NCBI GenBank assembly: GCA_013265495.1
Contig: MU058844.1
Location: 7,191,260 to 7,255,259 of the forward strand
Direction of reading: 5' to 3'
DNA: 64,000 nt
Source: Vicugna vicugna
Taxonomy: Eukaryota
In this document: piece by piece, positions 1-13,074 of the stretch
Layout of the letters: each line of letters begins with the position of its first letter
Position numbering within the stretch: the stretch's first letter is position 1
Translations under genes and position numbers: made by a program
The notes under the pieces: generated by a model
Told to the model about the DNA's origin: nothing
Seen by the model: only the letters and a program-made list of their open reading frames with translations
Databases searched by the model: none

Positions 1-809
1 CAAGCAGTGAACATAACAGGGGCTCAACATATATCTTGACTTGACTTTATTCATTCAGTAACACATTTTTGGTGTCATACAGTATGACATCTGATTCTGG
101 AGTAAAAACTGGATCTGAGCAAATGTAAAATGAATAATGACTTGAGAGAAGCAGATGTTATACATGAATTAAAGATCCTTTGTTGAAGTTTGATATATCA
201 TATTAGTTCCTAATGTGGCAATAAAGAAGGGGTCTGCATAAGCAAAAATGACTATATGGTCCAGGATTCTGAATGGTTAAAGGAATGTGTTGTCAGGCTG
301 TTATCACAATAGCAGGGAATTGACAAGTGGAAAATGTGAAACAGCTGTTGCTATATTCTAGGAAGTTTTAAATAATCCTAAGCAGTAATTAAAAAAAAAG
401 ATTATTTAAAGATTTAGGGAGGGAATCAGGTTTTAATTACAGCAAAGAGTAGGAATAGATAAAGCATGTAGAAAATCATAACTGCAGTGTGTTAGTGAAA
501 GAAGGTAGAGAAAAGTGATTATGAATACAAATGATATTTAAAGTATATAAAGTACAAAATATGGTTACCTTATCTTATCCTATCTTTACAGTAATGTTTT
601 GAAATACGAGCATGATTACTGCTTGCACTGAATTCTTCATACCTTCAACCTAGTTCCCATTGCTTTGTGTTAAAGCTGTCTTTGATATTGGTAGGTGTTG
701 TTAGTGTTAGATACGAAATGTTCCTCTGGGATCACATAGAAATTTTATTTCTACCTATTTTCTAGTTTCTTTGGGGTTATTATTGATCCTCCCATCAATA
801 AAGAATTAT

Positions 810-1810
810 GGAAGGGAATGATATGATCATTTTAGTAGATGGAACATTCTGAAATCAATTTGGAGAATGGAGAAGTGTGGAGAAAAGACAAATATAGGAA
901 AAGATAGAACAATTAGAAGGTGTGGGATTAGTCTAATGAGAGGGTTAAGTAAGACATAAAGTCATGTGAAATAAGAAATGTCAAAGGAGATAAGGAAGAT
1001 GGTGAACACTTCCATCATTGTTTGGATGCAGGGATAAAAGAGGAAATATTGACGATTGAAAACTAGATTTCTAGCTTTAGGCACTGGCTATTATACAATG
1101 TCCTTCTCTGTGAACCAGAAAAGGGAGATTTTTTTTTTTTTGGTAAATGGGAGATAAATTGATTTGAGAACACATTGAGTGAAGCGTTTGTTCTAGGATA
1201 TATAAATCAATTTCTGTTTACAGAATTAAATAAGTAAATATGATTTAGAACAGAACTCTGAAAAGATTAAATAATAGACATTTCTGAGCATATAGGTGAT
1301 GAGTGAAGTAATGGAAATGGATGTTTTCACTAAGTAGAGTGTGCCATTAGGAGACATGATTGTGGATTGTGAACACTGGTGGATACCAACAGATAAGAAT
1401 TGAGCTTAGGAGGAAGGCCAAGAAAGAGAAGAAGAAAGTTGCCATATATGTAAGGGGAAATGTGGGAATGTGTTTTATTGCAGATTTTAAGGCCAAAAAC
1501 AGCATGGGCAGAAGAGAGGTTGATCAAATCAAAGAGAAACCAAGGAAAATGACAACTGAAAGTCAACTTTCCTACAAAGTGACCATTCACAACTTTAACC
1601 AGACTTGTTTCAGTAAAGACTTGAATGTAGGACCCAGGTTACAAGCGTTTGAGGCATTAATAAAGAAAAGTTGGACACAAAAGACAATGGAAATGAAAGA
1701 GACATTTGGTCTTTTGGTTGTGAATGAAAGAGACAGTACAAGGCATGGGGAGACAGTGAGATAGGAATTATTGTGGAAGGAATATTTCCATTTTTACCAG
1801 AGAGAAAGAT
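810..1810 (-). mobile_element. Decayed LINE-2 fragment (antisense, purine-rich strand shown)
   Basis: Long G/A-rich stretch with L2-antisense-like motifs (e.g. ggatgcagggataaaagagg, ctagatttctagctttaggcactgg, gtgatgagtgaagtaatggaaatggatg). The ORFs at 1330-1764 lie inside it. Confidence 0.6.
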
Positions 1811-2969
1811 GCAGATATTGAGTCAGTTTAATCTACTTTGAACACCTCTTGTAACCAAAGGAAAATAAGAATGTTTTTGATAATGATAACTTAATTCTTG
1901 TCAAACCAGAACCAATTTAGATCTTAAGGGTTACCTTTAGTGAAAGACAAGGAAAAAAAGAAAAGGAAAAAAATAAGCTTAAATGTTCAGATGGTTAAAA
2001 ACAAACGTCTAGAGCAGAAATTTAGAGGAACATGATGTAGATCAAGAGAGCCTAGTTAACATCTCATAGCAGGTAGGTATTAGCATGTTTGATCACAGAT
2101 GGTACGTACAAGGTTGTGCCAGAACATGCTGTCTCTATTGGAAACACGTCAAGTCGACTCCAGTCCTCTTCTTCAGAAGCCAAATGCACTTTTAGCCCAA
2201 TGCCTCCATTAAAATTACAGATTTTTAAAAGATGTTCTTCCAAAAATTTATTGCTGTAAAATATATATGCATCTTATTATCTCCCTTCCCTATGTCAGTA
2301 CTCTCAGAGTCTAGTTTTTCACCTAAATATGCTTAAAACACATTGCTTTTAATAGGTTTGGCTGTTTAATTTGTCTCATTATGATATTTATTTGATCCCC
2401 TCTCATTTCTATATTCATAAAAATATGTTTGAGCAATCACTCAAACAACAACAAAATCTTACTTTTCCTAACTCTTTATTTTTTCCTCATAGACCACATC
2501 TCACACCAACAAATAGCATTTATATTCTTTATATTTCCTGATGGTTTATCAGAGTCACTAGCCGTATTTCATTAAGCAATCCATAAGGTTTTTGAAAGCT
2601 AGTTCATTGTTGGTCATGTTTTTAAGTGTCCTCTAATGCTTCAAACTTTTTTTCTGATATCTCTCTCTACTCCTCCGACTTTTCTTTTATTTCTGCACAT
2701 TTTAAACTAATAAAATACCCTTTAGTAGTCCATACTGTGTTATCAAATAGTCTGTTCTATATTCTCATTTTTACTTTATAAAATAGAATATAAATGAACA
2801 GGCAGATAAAGGATAATTCCATTTAGGATTATAAGGAGATTATTTTTTAAAATATTATCAACTGTATTTGTGCATCTACAAAAAGGGGGTACAAATAAAT
2901 ATGATGTTAGAAAAGTTAGGAAGCTAGAGAGTAATGGAAGGGATACAGAATGAGAATACTAATTATACT

Positions 2970-3205
2970 GAATAATAATGGCTAACATTTAAATTCTATA
3001 TTTATTGAGAATGTTATCCTCTTTACTTAATTTATCTTCATAGTTTTATGAAATAGGTACAATTATAATGACCACATCAAAGTAGAAAGAGGAATTTGAG
3101 GTTTAGAAGTTAAATGACTTCTCAGAGATCATACAGCTAAGTAATAGTGAAGCCAGAATTTGAACTCCAGTTGTCTGAATTAGGAAGGTTATTAAGCATT
3201 AATCA
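2970..3205 (-). mobile_element. MIR SINE
   Basis: MIR core in antisense: gaggtttagaagttaaatgacttctcagagatcatacagctaagtaatagtgaagccagaatttgaactccagttgtctga. Confidence 0.85.
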
Positions 3206-3879
3206 TATTTCTGGTTAGGGCTTGTTCTACAATTAGAATTTGAGCACTTGTTCTGTTAATTGTTAGTAATGGAAACTTGGAGAATTGAACTTCTGAAGCT
3301 TGGTTGCCTCTTTTACATTTGGGTAATATTTTTTGTATTAGGTAGGTTTAATTGCTACTACAAAGAGATACATTTCTCTGTAATCATCTTAAGTTCTTTT
3401 CCACCAAATATCAATCCATTTAATTTCCCTATATATAGAACACATTTTCTTTCTCCAGTAAAGAAACTCCACAATCCTATATAGTTACTTCATCCTGTAT
3501 AAAATCTAGGGTCTCTGAATAATGTGATATCCCGTCCATCTAATTTACATATGAAACTGATTTATAAATTTTTAAAAAATGCTATTTATCTTCTCACATT
3601 TAATGTACAATGACAAAACTGGAACTGGTTGAATACAATAAAAAAATCCCATTTGGAAAAAGGAAGAATGGAAACACATTCAGTTATCAATTCCTTATAG
3701 GCAGTAATCAAGGAAAATCCTGTTCTGTCAATAGAGTAAGTTCTATTAGCCTGGCAGGCTGCACCTGCGTCTTCCTTCTGGAAGTAACTTTTTTGTACCT
3801 TGTTTTCTATGGCTCCTGGTTTTGTTCTTAGAGATTTTAAAAATTGATTTAGGGTAGATGTTCCTAATAATCAGTACTA

Positions 3880-4040
3880 ATGAACCCCTCTCCAGTTAGA
3901 GGAAAAATTGCTCTTCCATGCACCCTGGAAGTTACATATGGCCACATGGCTTTCTTTGGCCAGTGAAATAATGGAAGGGTCTTTATGATGGTAGAAACAT
4001 ATATTGACATGGGGTCCACTGCCTGCAGCCAGTGAAGAAC
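3880..4040 (+). mobile_element. MaLR LTR fragment (MLT1J-like), interrupted
   Basis: gaagttacatatggccacatggctttctttggccagtgaaat resembles the MLT1 motif gcagttaggtgtggccatgtgactgagttctggccaatggaat. Confidence 0.5.
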
Positions 4041-4205
4041 CACCATAACCCTCCTCCCTTCCCTCTTTTCCTCTATAAAAACCAGCCCCTCCCCTCTGTT
4101 CTCTGGACTTGCCTCTGTTCTCTGGTTCTCCATAGTTGGTCCCACTTGCAATTCTCTGCTATTCCCAAATAAACTCATTTTGCTTATTAAAAAGGAAAAA
4201 AAAAG
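4040..4205 (+). mobile_element. ERV-type LTR U3/R fragment ending in an A-rich tail
   Basis: TATAAAA at 4074-4080, a pyrimidine-rich R-like segment, ttgcaattctctgctattcccaaataaactc with AATAAA at 4168-4173, then an A-rich run at 4189-4204. Confidence 0.6.
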
Positions 4206-4249
4206 GAAGAAATGTTTATGGCAACAGAGCTTAGTCAGTTTTTTTGAGT

Positions 4250-4740
4250 AGTTAATATATAGACTATCCTGTTAAAACAAACACATCCTAAAATAAAATG
4301 CTTCAGACCAAGATAAAGTTATTTTTTTCTCAATTAGTTGTCCATAGAGGAACAAGTGGTTGAGAATGAATCTGTACCCTGTACAACAGCATCATTTAAG
4401 GATCCAGCTTCATTCTATTCTTGTTGCTTTGTTATCCTCTGTTGTAGTTGTCACCTACGTGGTTATTGCTGCTTACACCAGCATGACTCATTACACCAAA
4501 TGTGAAAATTAAAGAGAAGCAGTAGGCATGTGATTTTCTTACACAAAAATAGAAATTATGAATATCACTTAAGTTCAGATGCTATTAACTAAAATGACCA
4601 CGTCTAGCTGTAAGGAATGTATTCATTAACTGAGTGATTAGTTTTAATCTTTAGTTAAACCTTTGGCTTGAAGAGGCACATTCTTTCTAAAAGGTGAACA
4701 GGAGAATCTTTGAAGGGAGACAATTAACAGCGATCTCAAC
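4250..4740 (-). mobile_element. MaLR LTR (old MLT1-type)
   Basis: ctgttaaaacaaacacatcctaaaataaaatgcttcagaccaagataaagttatttttttctca and aggatccagcttcattctattcttgttgctt match MLT1 antisense motifs. Confidence 0.5.
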
Positions 4741-5569
4741 AGTATTTGTAAAACAATTGGCACAGTAATTGACAAATAATTGTTATTTGATAAATGTTTC
4801 TTTCATTGTTTCTCATGCTGTGCCTAATAATTTAGGTTGAAACCACGAATAAGACCACCTAAACCTGTTTTAGCAGCTTTGTTAGGGAGCTATGGTTGAG
4901 CAACTTCTTACCTGATTTACATGGTACACAGCACTTATGATATATTTAACAGAGAATGGCCTAACTGTGCAGCTTGCACAGGTGAAGAATTAATGAAGTT
5001 TGCTAGAGGTATAGTGCTCCTAATGCTCTTAATTAACACTCTAATGATGTCCCTGGGATCTCTAACTAATGATGGCTCCTCTGGTGCACAGTGTGCAACT
5101 GCATGCCTTCATACTGAGAATAAGAGCCATGTTTATTATTCTGTGCAAGGATAACAATGATATTTTGCTATTCCCTGAAGATTTACAAGTACATCAGTCT
5201 GGAAGTGAATCATCAAAGGGCCAATAAAATCTGCCCATCTGTGTCAAATATAATTTTTCCCCGAGAAGTACTCTGAAATATACATTATAGTGTATTTTCA
5301 AGAGAAATATTTAAATACCTAATAAAAATGAAAATCGTTTGTAAAATATTGGGTGTAATATTTGTAACTTTATAAAAAGATACTGTCATCAGTATATAGA
5401 TCATGTTATATTTTACTATATTAAAATATTTTAACCCTACCCATCCCCCTTTTTTGCTGTGATGCCACAGAATGTATTCTCCTACATTTTAATGGAGTAG
5501 GAGGATTGACATATTCATGAATAAAATTTAGCAATTTAAATTAAAGACCTTAAAAATATAAGTATTCTA

Positions 5570-6480
5570 TAAATCTTCAATTCAAATTATTGGAATGTAT
5601 CCTTGGCAAAGAAAAAAATGCATAGAAAGATAAGTCTATGAAGATTGTCACTATAAAGTTCTATATAATAATTGCATAGGGCAATTTTCAGTTAATCAAC
5701 AACCCCAAAATCTCATTTATATAAACTAGCATTTTTTAATTCATGTGAGGTTGCAAGTCAGCTCTGACTCTACGTGGCTCTACTGGGTTCGGTGTGTCTT
5801 TTCATCTCATCGCAGTCTGAAGAACTTCAGTATCATTGACAGAAAAGTGGGATTAAACACTAGATACCACCTAAAGTAACTTCTGGACACAGAAGCATTA
5901 TCTCGGTTTTACCTATATTCCATGGCCACAAACCCATGACCCAAGGCAATGGAAGGAAAGGGAAGGGACTTTATATTCAACCTTTTTTACTGGGAGTCAC
6001 TACAAAGTCACATGTCAATGGGCTTTTATATGTAATATTATTACAAGTAGGTAGCAAAGATTTGAGAATAATGATCTAATTGACAACAGTTGCTTTCAGA
6101 ATGGAAATAATTTAAAGGCAAGGATATAATTTAAACAAATTGTTTTATGATTACATGATTACTACACAGTCAATAAAATGATGTTCTAGAAGAAGATTTA
6201 ACTGAGACAATGATCACAGTATATAGTTAAGGTGAAAAAGCAGATTACAAATTACTGTGTAATTAATTTTCTCAATTTTATAAAAGTACATTATAGCTTA
6301 TATGCATACATAGTGTATATATATGTATATATAAATATACATTAAATTTGAGGTATATAACCTTGAAAATACTGATATTTTCATATTTAGTGTTTTTCTT
6401 GGCAACATAGCATTATTAGTGATTTTCAATTTCTCCTTTGAACTCTTTTCCTCCAGTATTTAAACTTTTATAATTTAAAA
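5570..6480 (+). mobile_element. Old L1 (L1ME-like) 3' fragment, split by the MLT1 LTR at ~5670-6088
   Basis: L1ME-like 3' motifs on both sides of the LTR (ggaatgtatcctt...; actacacagtcaataaaatgatg...; gttaaggtgaaaaagcagattacaaa). Confidence 0.5.
5670..6088 (-). mobile_element. MaLR LTR (MLT1-type)
   Basis: caacaaccccaaaatctca start, ggccacaaacccatgacccaag, gggagtcactacaaagtcacatg, and an end at aatgatctaattgacaaca. Confidence 0.65.
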
Positions 6481-6504
6481 AATCCCAAAAATAAAAATAC
6501 ATAG

Positions 6505-6669
6505 TTTTTCATCAGCTGTAACTAATATACCATTCTGGTATGGGATGTCGATAATGGGAGAGGCTATGCATATATGAAGGGAGAAAATATATGGGAAATA
6601 TCCATACCTTCTTCTCAATTTTGCCATGATCTTGCTCTACTAAATGAAATCTTCAAAAAAAAAAAAAAA
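6505..6669 (+). mobile_element. L1MC/MB-like extreme 3' end with poly(A)
   Basis: accattctggtatgggatgtcgataatgggagaggctatgca...ctcaattttgcc followed by a run of 15 A. Confidence 0.8.
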
Positions 6670-7348
6670 CTTAGTTTTTGTAAATAAAACACCACCATTA
6701 CACTGAAATCCAGTATTATTTACTTGCTTTAATTTCCAATTTCCTAGTATCCTGCTTTGATTCAATACTTTTAAAATGCACTTTTTACTTAAAGAGCATA
6801 ACCTTATACTATTTTACTGAAAATAACCTGGTTGGTATAGGTTCCTACTCTGCTTAGCCTCACCTTTGAGTTGCTTTACTATATATCCAGCTTTTCTCAG
6901 TTCTCAAGCTAATCACAGAGTCATGCCATTGAGATGGGAGTAATTGGGAAATAGCCTAGCACCATTATTGTCTGCTGGGCTACAGACTTATTCCATGGCT
7001 TTGTGAATTCATTCAATGAGACTGGACTTCTAAAATATTTCCTAATGTACAGCTTGAGTTTGTTTAGGAACAGAAGCTAGGATCATAGACTCAGTAACTA
7101 ATAGAATTACTGTGTATCCTTATTCTCAATGGGTGAATCTTCCAAAACCTAAAACCTTCTGTTTGTCTGACTTTTTGTGTTTTGTCTGATCTTAGACTTC
7201 ACCTGCTATTGAGTTTTTGTTCTTCATCAATTTCTGAGTGCTTGCATAACCTCTCTTTCTCTTTCCACCCCCCAAATATACATATATAATAAAATAATAT
7301 AACATATAATAGAAAGATTACATATATATGTTAGATACATGATGCTTC

Positions 7349-7386
7349 ATATACACACACACATACATACATACATACATACACAC
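7349..7386. repeat. (CA)n/(TACA)n microsatellite
   Basis: atatacacacacacacatacatacatacatacatacacac read directly. Confidence 0.9.
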
Positions 7387-7889
7387 TATGCTTTGGAAAT
7401 GTTAAGTAATTTTGCCCAATTTCTCCAGTTTAAGAAACTTGTTTCTTTACTTTTCTACTATAGAATGAATGTTCTTTCCCAGATATTCTTGATTATGCAG
7501 TTAGTTTAAACCAAGTCTTTGAAAGGTCTTAATGACTAGCTTTTGGGGGAAACTAACTCCACAACAAAGATCTTTCTTGGTTTCATTGGACGCAGGATTA
7601 TTTTCCCATAGTTCTAAGCCGGTAAGAGCTCAGTTTGCCTTGAGGCCAGAAGCACCTCAGTTACAGTAAATGAAACAAGTGAGTTATAAGTGGCAAATGC
7701 ATTATGGGTTGTTTGCTTTATAGAATGTCTTTTTGATGGGTAATACTTCTTACATGAGCTGAGATAATGTCTATTTAAACATGGCGCTTTTATTTTGATG
7801 CTGTCTTTGGGGATTATGGAGAGAAATAACATGTATTATGAGTCTAGTATACCAGTTCTTGTGCCACATTCTCTAAGATCGTTCAGTTG

Positions 7890-8030
7890 TCACATAAATC
7901 CTTCACCGAAGTGGAAACTGAATCTCAAAGGTGTTAAGTAAATTTTCCAAGATAACAGAAATTGTGGAGTCAAAGTTGAAATCTAGGACCATCTGCTTCC
8001 ATAAACTATGTTCCTTCTGTTATACAATGA
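7890..8030 (-). mobile_element. MIR SINE
   Basis: ggaaactgaatctcaaaggtgttaagtaaattttccaagataacag...gttgaaatctaggaccatctgcttcca. Confidence 0.8.
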
Positions 8031-9264
8031 TTCTTAATGCAACTCAGTATAATTGAAAGAAGAACAAAGGAGAAGTTTTATTTTAAAACAACCTTGGATA
8101 TTAAAACTACTGAACATCTCATATCAAATATTATTGTTCAGTTGGCCCGCAAATTCCTGATTCTACTGAAGGGACTCAGTTAGTTGATCCCTCCCAAAGA
8201 ACACAGATGAATATAGTCTTGGTTTTCTAACAAGATAGAAGATGTGTAATAGAAACAATGTTGACCTTTAGAGTAGGGGAGAGCAGTACAGTAAGCAGTA
8301 AATTTTAAGACAAATATAATGCAGAAACAGAGTGCATATATACCTTCCATAAATAAAGGGCCAACAAAGATTATTTTACTTAAAAATATTATTTGGGAAC
8401 AAAAGCAAAATAGTTACCACTCTAGCATAAAAATGTTGCTATGCTATTGTTTTCAGGGTTTGTTTTACTTCAAACTTGCTGATCAGTTTCACTTTTTAAT
8501 AATATCCAAGGGTAATTCAAGGTTTGTTGTCCAACTTTGCTGTTTGGAAATCAAGCTTAGTCCTAGACAGAGCTTTATGAACATGTGTTTATGACCATTT
8601 CAGAGTTGGGAGAAATATCTTTTGTGAATAGAAGATTCTGAGCTATTGTTGTTATATCTTTAATTTTCTTTATAATATAAATACATTCAAGCCTCCTCCT
8701 GAAATAGTTATCATCCTAAATAATGTTAAGTAGAATTTTTGTTTTCAAGTGTTACAATAAAATGGCTTAATTAGAACACTACTTTTTTTTAATATTTGGA
8801 CTTTAGGATAACCTAATGAAAGATGAACTAATATATTTTTAATCCCAAATATAGGTTAAACTAATGATTGGTTTTGCCCTAAATTTAATTTTGAACTGCT
8901 TATTTTCATCCACTATTACTTAATTCCTTCTATACCTCTTTCAAATATGTTTGGGTATTGAAACTAATAGATTTCCTGATCAATTACATAATCCATTTGG
9001 GAGCATTTTATAATTCAGTCACATTAAACATACTTTCATTTTGGTGTTTATAATTTACTTCCTTTCAAAGTCCATGATGTCATTTGTATTTTACTGAAAT
9101 TGGGATGACCTGGAGAAGTTCAGTGGCATTCTCTCAGATGCCCTTTTGGGGAATTATGAAGAACAAGAATGCACAAACATACCTATAGATAGATAATTTG
9201 TTTTATTCACTCTCTTGAGAACAGTAAGAGTGTTGAAAAAGAAACCTACTGTGGATAAACATTA

Positions 9265-9380
9265 ATTATTCAAATGGACATCACCGAGTACCAACTCTGA
9301 GCCGGACATTATGCCAAGTACTAAGAAAGGAAAGATGAGTAAGATAGTATCTCTTGCCAAGGATTTAGACTAATCAAAAC
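9265..9380 (-). mobile_element. L2 3' fragment
   Basis: gagtaccaactctgagccggacattatgccaagtactaag...gatgagtaagatagtatctcttgcc. Confidence 0.6.
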
Positions 9381-9399
9381 AATAAGAATTAAATAGGTA

Positions 9400-10215
9400 T
9401 TTGGTGATTCTACTTCAAGATTTTGAACTAAATTGATCTGCTAGTCCTCCTGGAACTTCATTACAATGATTTAAAAGACATATAAACCCACATCAATACA
9501 CAGAACAGTGGTGGAGGGGCCATTAATGGAAAACAGCTGCAACAAACACCTGGAAGAAGAACAGTTAGAAGTATGTTGACTGGATAAAGTAGGACAGTGG
9601 AAGTCCTAGTTCAGGATATCCTCAAAGAAGGCTGAAGAAAGAAGAGAGAGCTGATTTGCAAATGCTAAATCCCTCATTCCTACACATGAGGTAATTGGAA
9701 GGCAAGAGACCACCACCTAAGTAAATACACATAAACAAATGTAATTATATAACTGGAAAGAATGGAATAGCTGCAGTTATAGTCCAGAATAAATCTGCAT
9801 TTTGGGATTTGGAAATGTTCAGTAAATGGTAGACTCTTCACCAACTCATCATAGAATATATATCAGTTGGCAAGGTTCATTCATGAATGAAAAACATGTA
9901 ATAGCCTCTCCCTTTTACTTTATTTTTTAGTATAAGTATATAATTAATTTCCCAGCAAAACCAAAATTGTCCATAGAGGAAAAATATAATATTCAGGGAA
10001 ATGAAGGAAAGGTAAAGTAAATAGGAAAAACAAAAAAGTCACAAATAACAACAAAAAAATTAGGGAAGATAGGTTAACAGATATTTAACCAATACAGGAC
10101 AGCCAAATTCTGACTAAAAGGATTGTGTAGAAAGGAGACTAGAATAAATTGAACAGAAGATGATATTAAAATATAATTCTAGAAGTTATTTTTAAAGTAA
10201 TTCCCAAGTCTTCCA
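9400..10215 (+). mobile_element. Possible very old L1/HAL1 5' region (5'UTR/ORF1-like)
   Basis: A-rich strand with ORF1-like motifs near 10100-10210 (aaattctgactaaaaggattgtgtagaaaggagactagaataaa). Heavily decayed. Confidence 0.3.
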
Positions 10216-11589
10216 ATAAAAACAATGTGTGTGTGTATGTATGTGTATACATATATTTGTATATATACACACATATAGGAAATGAATGAAAATAATTTGA
10301 GTTTGGATGCATTAGAATTGCATTTAAGAACACCAGCTATTAATAGGAGATTCTGAAAGCCTTTTAATTTTTCTTCATTTCAACTTTCACTCACTTGAAA
10401 TAAATTATTTATTCTCTTCATTTGAAATAATGACTGGGGAAGTGTCAAGATAATGAGTCAATTGTAACAAAAACTAACTGAAATAAACATTTTATTTTGA
10501 ATTGTGTTGGAATATTTCAGATTCCATTCACTGTTTAATACATCACCAAATTAATTCCAGATTTACAGAGGATAAGGGAGTTCATTAATTTCAAGTAATC
10601 ATAGCATTTTGAAAAGTTCTGATTAGTCTGGAAAGCCAATGAACACAATGATACAAAAGATGTAGAAGTCTGTTTAATCTCAGAAGAAATTGAAAAAAAA
10701 AAGTTTAAACAAAGTGTGTGGCACTCCTCAAGTTTTTTGTACCTGGACTATGTGTGGGTTTCTCTTTATAAATCCAAATGAGAAAAGTTGTTCCTTATGC
10801 ATTTTGAGCTTAAAATTATATGCATGAATATAATCCTCAATGTTTTCACTGTATGCCTCAACATTTTTATTGTGAATTGCAGATTGCTTAAAATGTCCAA
10901 CTTTTCATTTTTCAGAAAATATAAAATCTTAAATAACCATATATCTAATGCCTGATTTTGGTTAGAGATTGAATTAGACCTGAATGGGCACAAATATGAA
11001 TAATGATTATAAGAAAGACCATAGAAAACTTATGCTATTTTGAGCTTGGTTTTGGATCTATTGAAATTTAAGTAAAAATAATTAAAAGTACAACTCCATT
11101 TATTTGGATCCATCATATTGCAGTTTATTAAAATCATAAAAGCCTCTATGCTGACAGTTATAGATATCTCAAAATGAAATAGTTTGTTTTGAGAGATAAC
11201 AGTCTGTATAGAGATAATGAATTCTGTATTCATATTATAAAGGGTGTCTGTTAAAACAACTACACACACAGGGACAAAGAAAGACTCTGGTTATATTGAT
11301 GTGTTTTTCACTGAATTTGCCATGTAAATGATTAAAAACACCAGCTTTACTATTTAGTCAATGTGTTTTTGATTTTATTTTTTATGTGTGTGAACATCAG
11401 CACAGAGTAATGATACTTTACCCAAAGAATGTATCATTTTGGTTGAAGAGTCTACTTAGTAATACCAAAGTTATTATTAAACCAAGAAAATTAAGATTGT
11501 GGCTTTTAGGTTGGTTTAAGATTTTTCTGGAAAAAAATATTTCATGCTCACTTGTAGAACCTTTCCTTTCCCACCCAGCCAAAATTAAA

Positions 11590-11795
11590 TATATCCCTTT
11601 TTTTGTGCTCACAGAATATTTTACACATATATATGTCCTATATAAGCATTGTATTGTAGTTATCCCTTTTGGTCTTTCCCACAAGAGTGTGGTCTCTCTA
11701 GGGCAGACAACGTACTGCTTGTCTATTTATCTTCTGCTCTTACCACATCCGCAGGCAGTTTGTGGATGCTCACTCAATAGGCAGTTACTTGATCT
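11590..11795 (+). mobile_element. L2 3' end
   Basis: gtgtggtctctctagggcagacaac...tgtctatttatcttctg...gctcactcaatagg resembles the L2 terminal consensus. Confidence 0.6.
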
Positions 11796-11992
11796 CTCGA
11801 TTAAAGTAAATATAGGATGATCTGTAGGTTCTCATTGTGTGTTTGTTGCAGCAGTGAATATTTGTTTTTTTCATAAACTGCTCACAGATTAGATGTGAAT
11901 TTAAAAATAAATTAAAATGGAATACATTAAAATATTTCATTAAAAATAAAAAAAATTAATAAGCAACCAAAACCATATTAAGAATTACCAAT

Positions 11993-12230
11993 GAGGAGAA
12001 ATTGGGAGTTCTAGATTTGCAGATACTAATGTACATAAAATAGATAAACAACAAGTTTATACTGTATAGCACAGGGAACTATATTTAATATCTTGTAGTA
12101 ACCTATGGTGAAAAGGAGTATGAAAATCAATTTATGTATGTTCCTATATGACTAAATTATTGTGCTGTACACCAGAAATTGACACAACATTGTAAACTGA
12201 CCATACTTCAATAAAAATGTATTTTAAAAA
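11993..12230 (+). mobile_element. Lineage-specific (cetartiodactyl-type) L1 3' UTR, 5'-truncated
   Basis: aattgggagttctagatttgcagatact...tatagcacagggaactatatttaatatcttgtagtaacctat...gctgtacaccagaaattgacacaacattgtaaactgaccatacttcaataaaa. Confidence 0.9.
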
Positions 12231-13074
12231 GTAGAATAAATTAACCCTTTAAAAAAAAATTAAAAATGTATATTATAATATTTTGAGATAAATTTAGAAC
12301 ATACCCTATTATAAACAGATGAAAAACATGATCAATGATCAAGTAACACCAATGTGGCTGTTAGAACAAAAGAGTAACTGTTTTGAAATATTAATAAAAT
12401 ATACTTTGAAAGAATGTGTAGAAAATAGAATTTTTAAAAATTATCACAGATTAAATGTATATATCTATTTTTAAACTAGGGATTACTGAGATCTAGGGAA
12501 GAGAAATGGGAAAATGTCTTGTTGCTAAACATTGGATTATATTCACAAATAATACTTGGCGTTGGGTGTTGTCCTCTAGAATTAATACCAAGATACTGTT
12601 TATGATGATAAAACAAGGGAACTCAGTTTCCTTAGCCTCAGCAATGTAGGAGGACAGGTTTAAGTAGAGCAAATTCATGAGCTGTTATTCTGTGCTCAAG
12701 TCCTCTTCCGGATAGTTGCTATCATTCCCTCATTCAGAGTGGCTGTGTTTCTTGCGGCGAGGTCCCTGTATTTTCCTGCAAGCACGTTACAGTTTTTGTA
12801 TTTACTGCCACATAGCCTCCATCTCAGCTGCTTTCTGTTCTCACTTTCATTGCCAGAATTTTTGAAAAAGTCTTCCTGGACACAACTGTTGCTGAGCTGA
12901 ATCAGGGAGAAGGGTGTGGAGGGCAGGTTGGGGATAGGAGTGGGGAGAACACAGACTAGTTGGAAATACCTGAAGAATTGTATCTATCTTCAAAAGTAAA
13001 CATCTATTAAATAAGAAATATAGTTTATAGAAATTTAAGTCAATATTTTTAATGTAGAATTTTAAAAATGTTTT

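Noticed and set aside
73..89. Palindrome tgtcatac-a-gtatgaca
   Set aside because: Arms of 8 bp are expected by chance in 64 kb.
1360..1764. 134-aa ORF (+) and overlapping 86-aa ORF (-)
   Set aside because: They lie in purine-rich L2 antisense sequence, start at non-ATG codons and show no recognisable domain.
11386..11820. 144-aa ORF, the longest in the track
   Set aside because: GTG start, a composition typical of AT-rich non-coding DNA, and overlap with an L2 3' end.
12600..12720. ATGATGA C-box-like motif suggesting a C/D snoRNA
   Set aside because: No suitably placed CTGA D box and no terminal stem.
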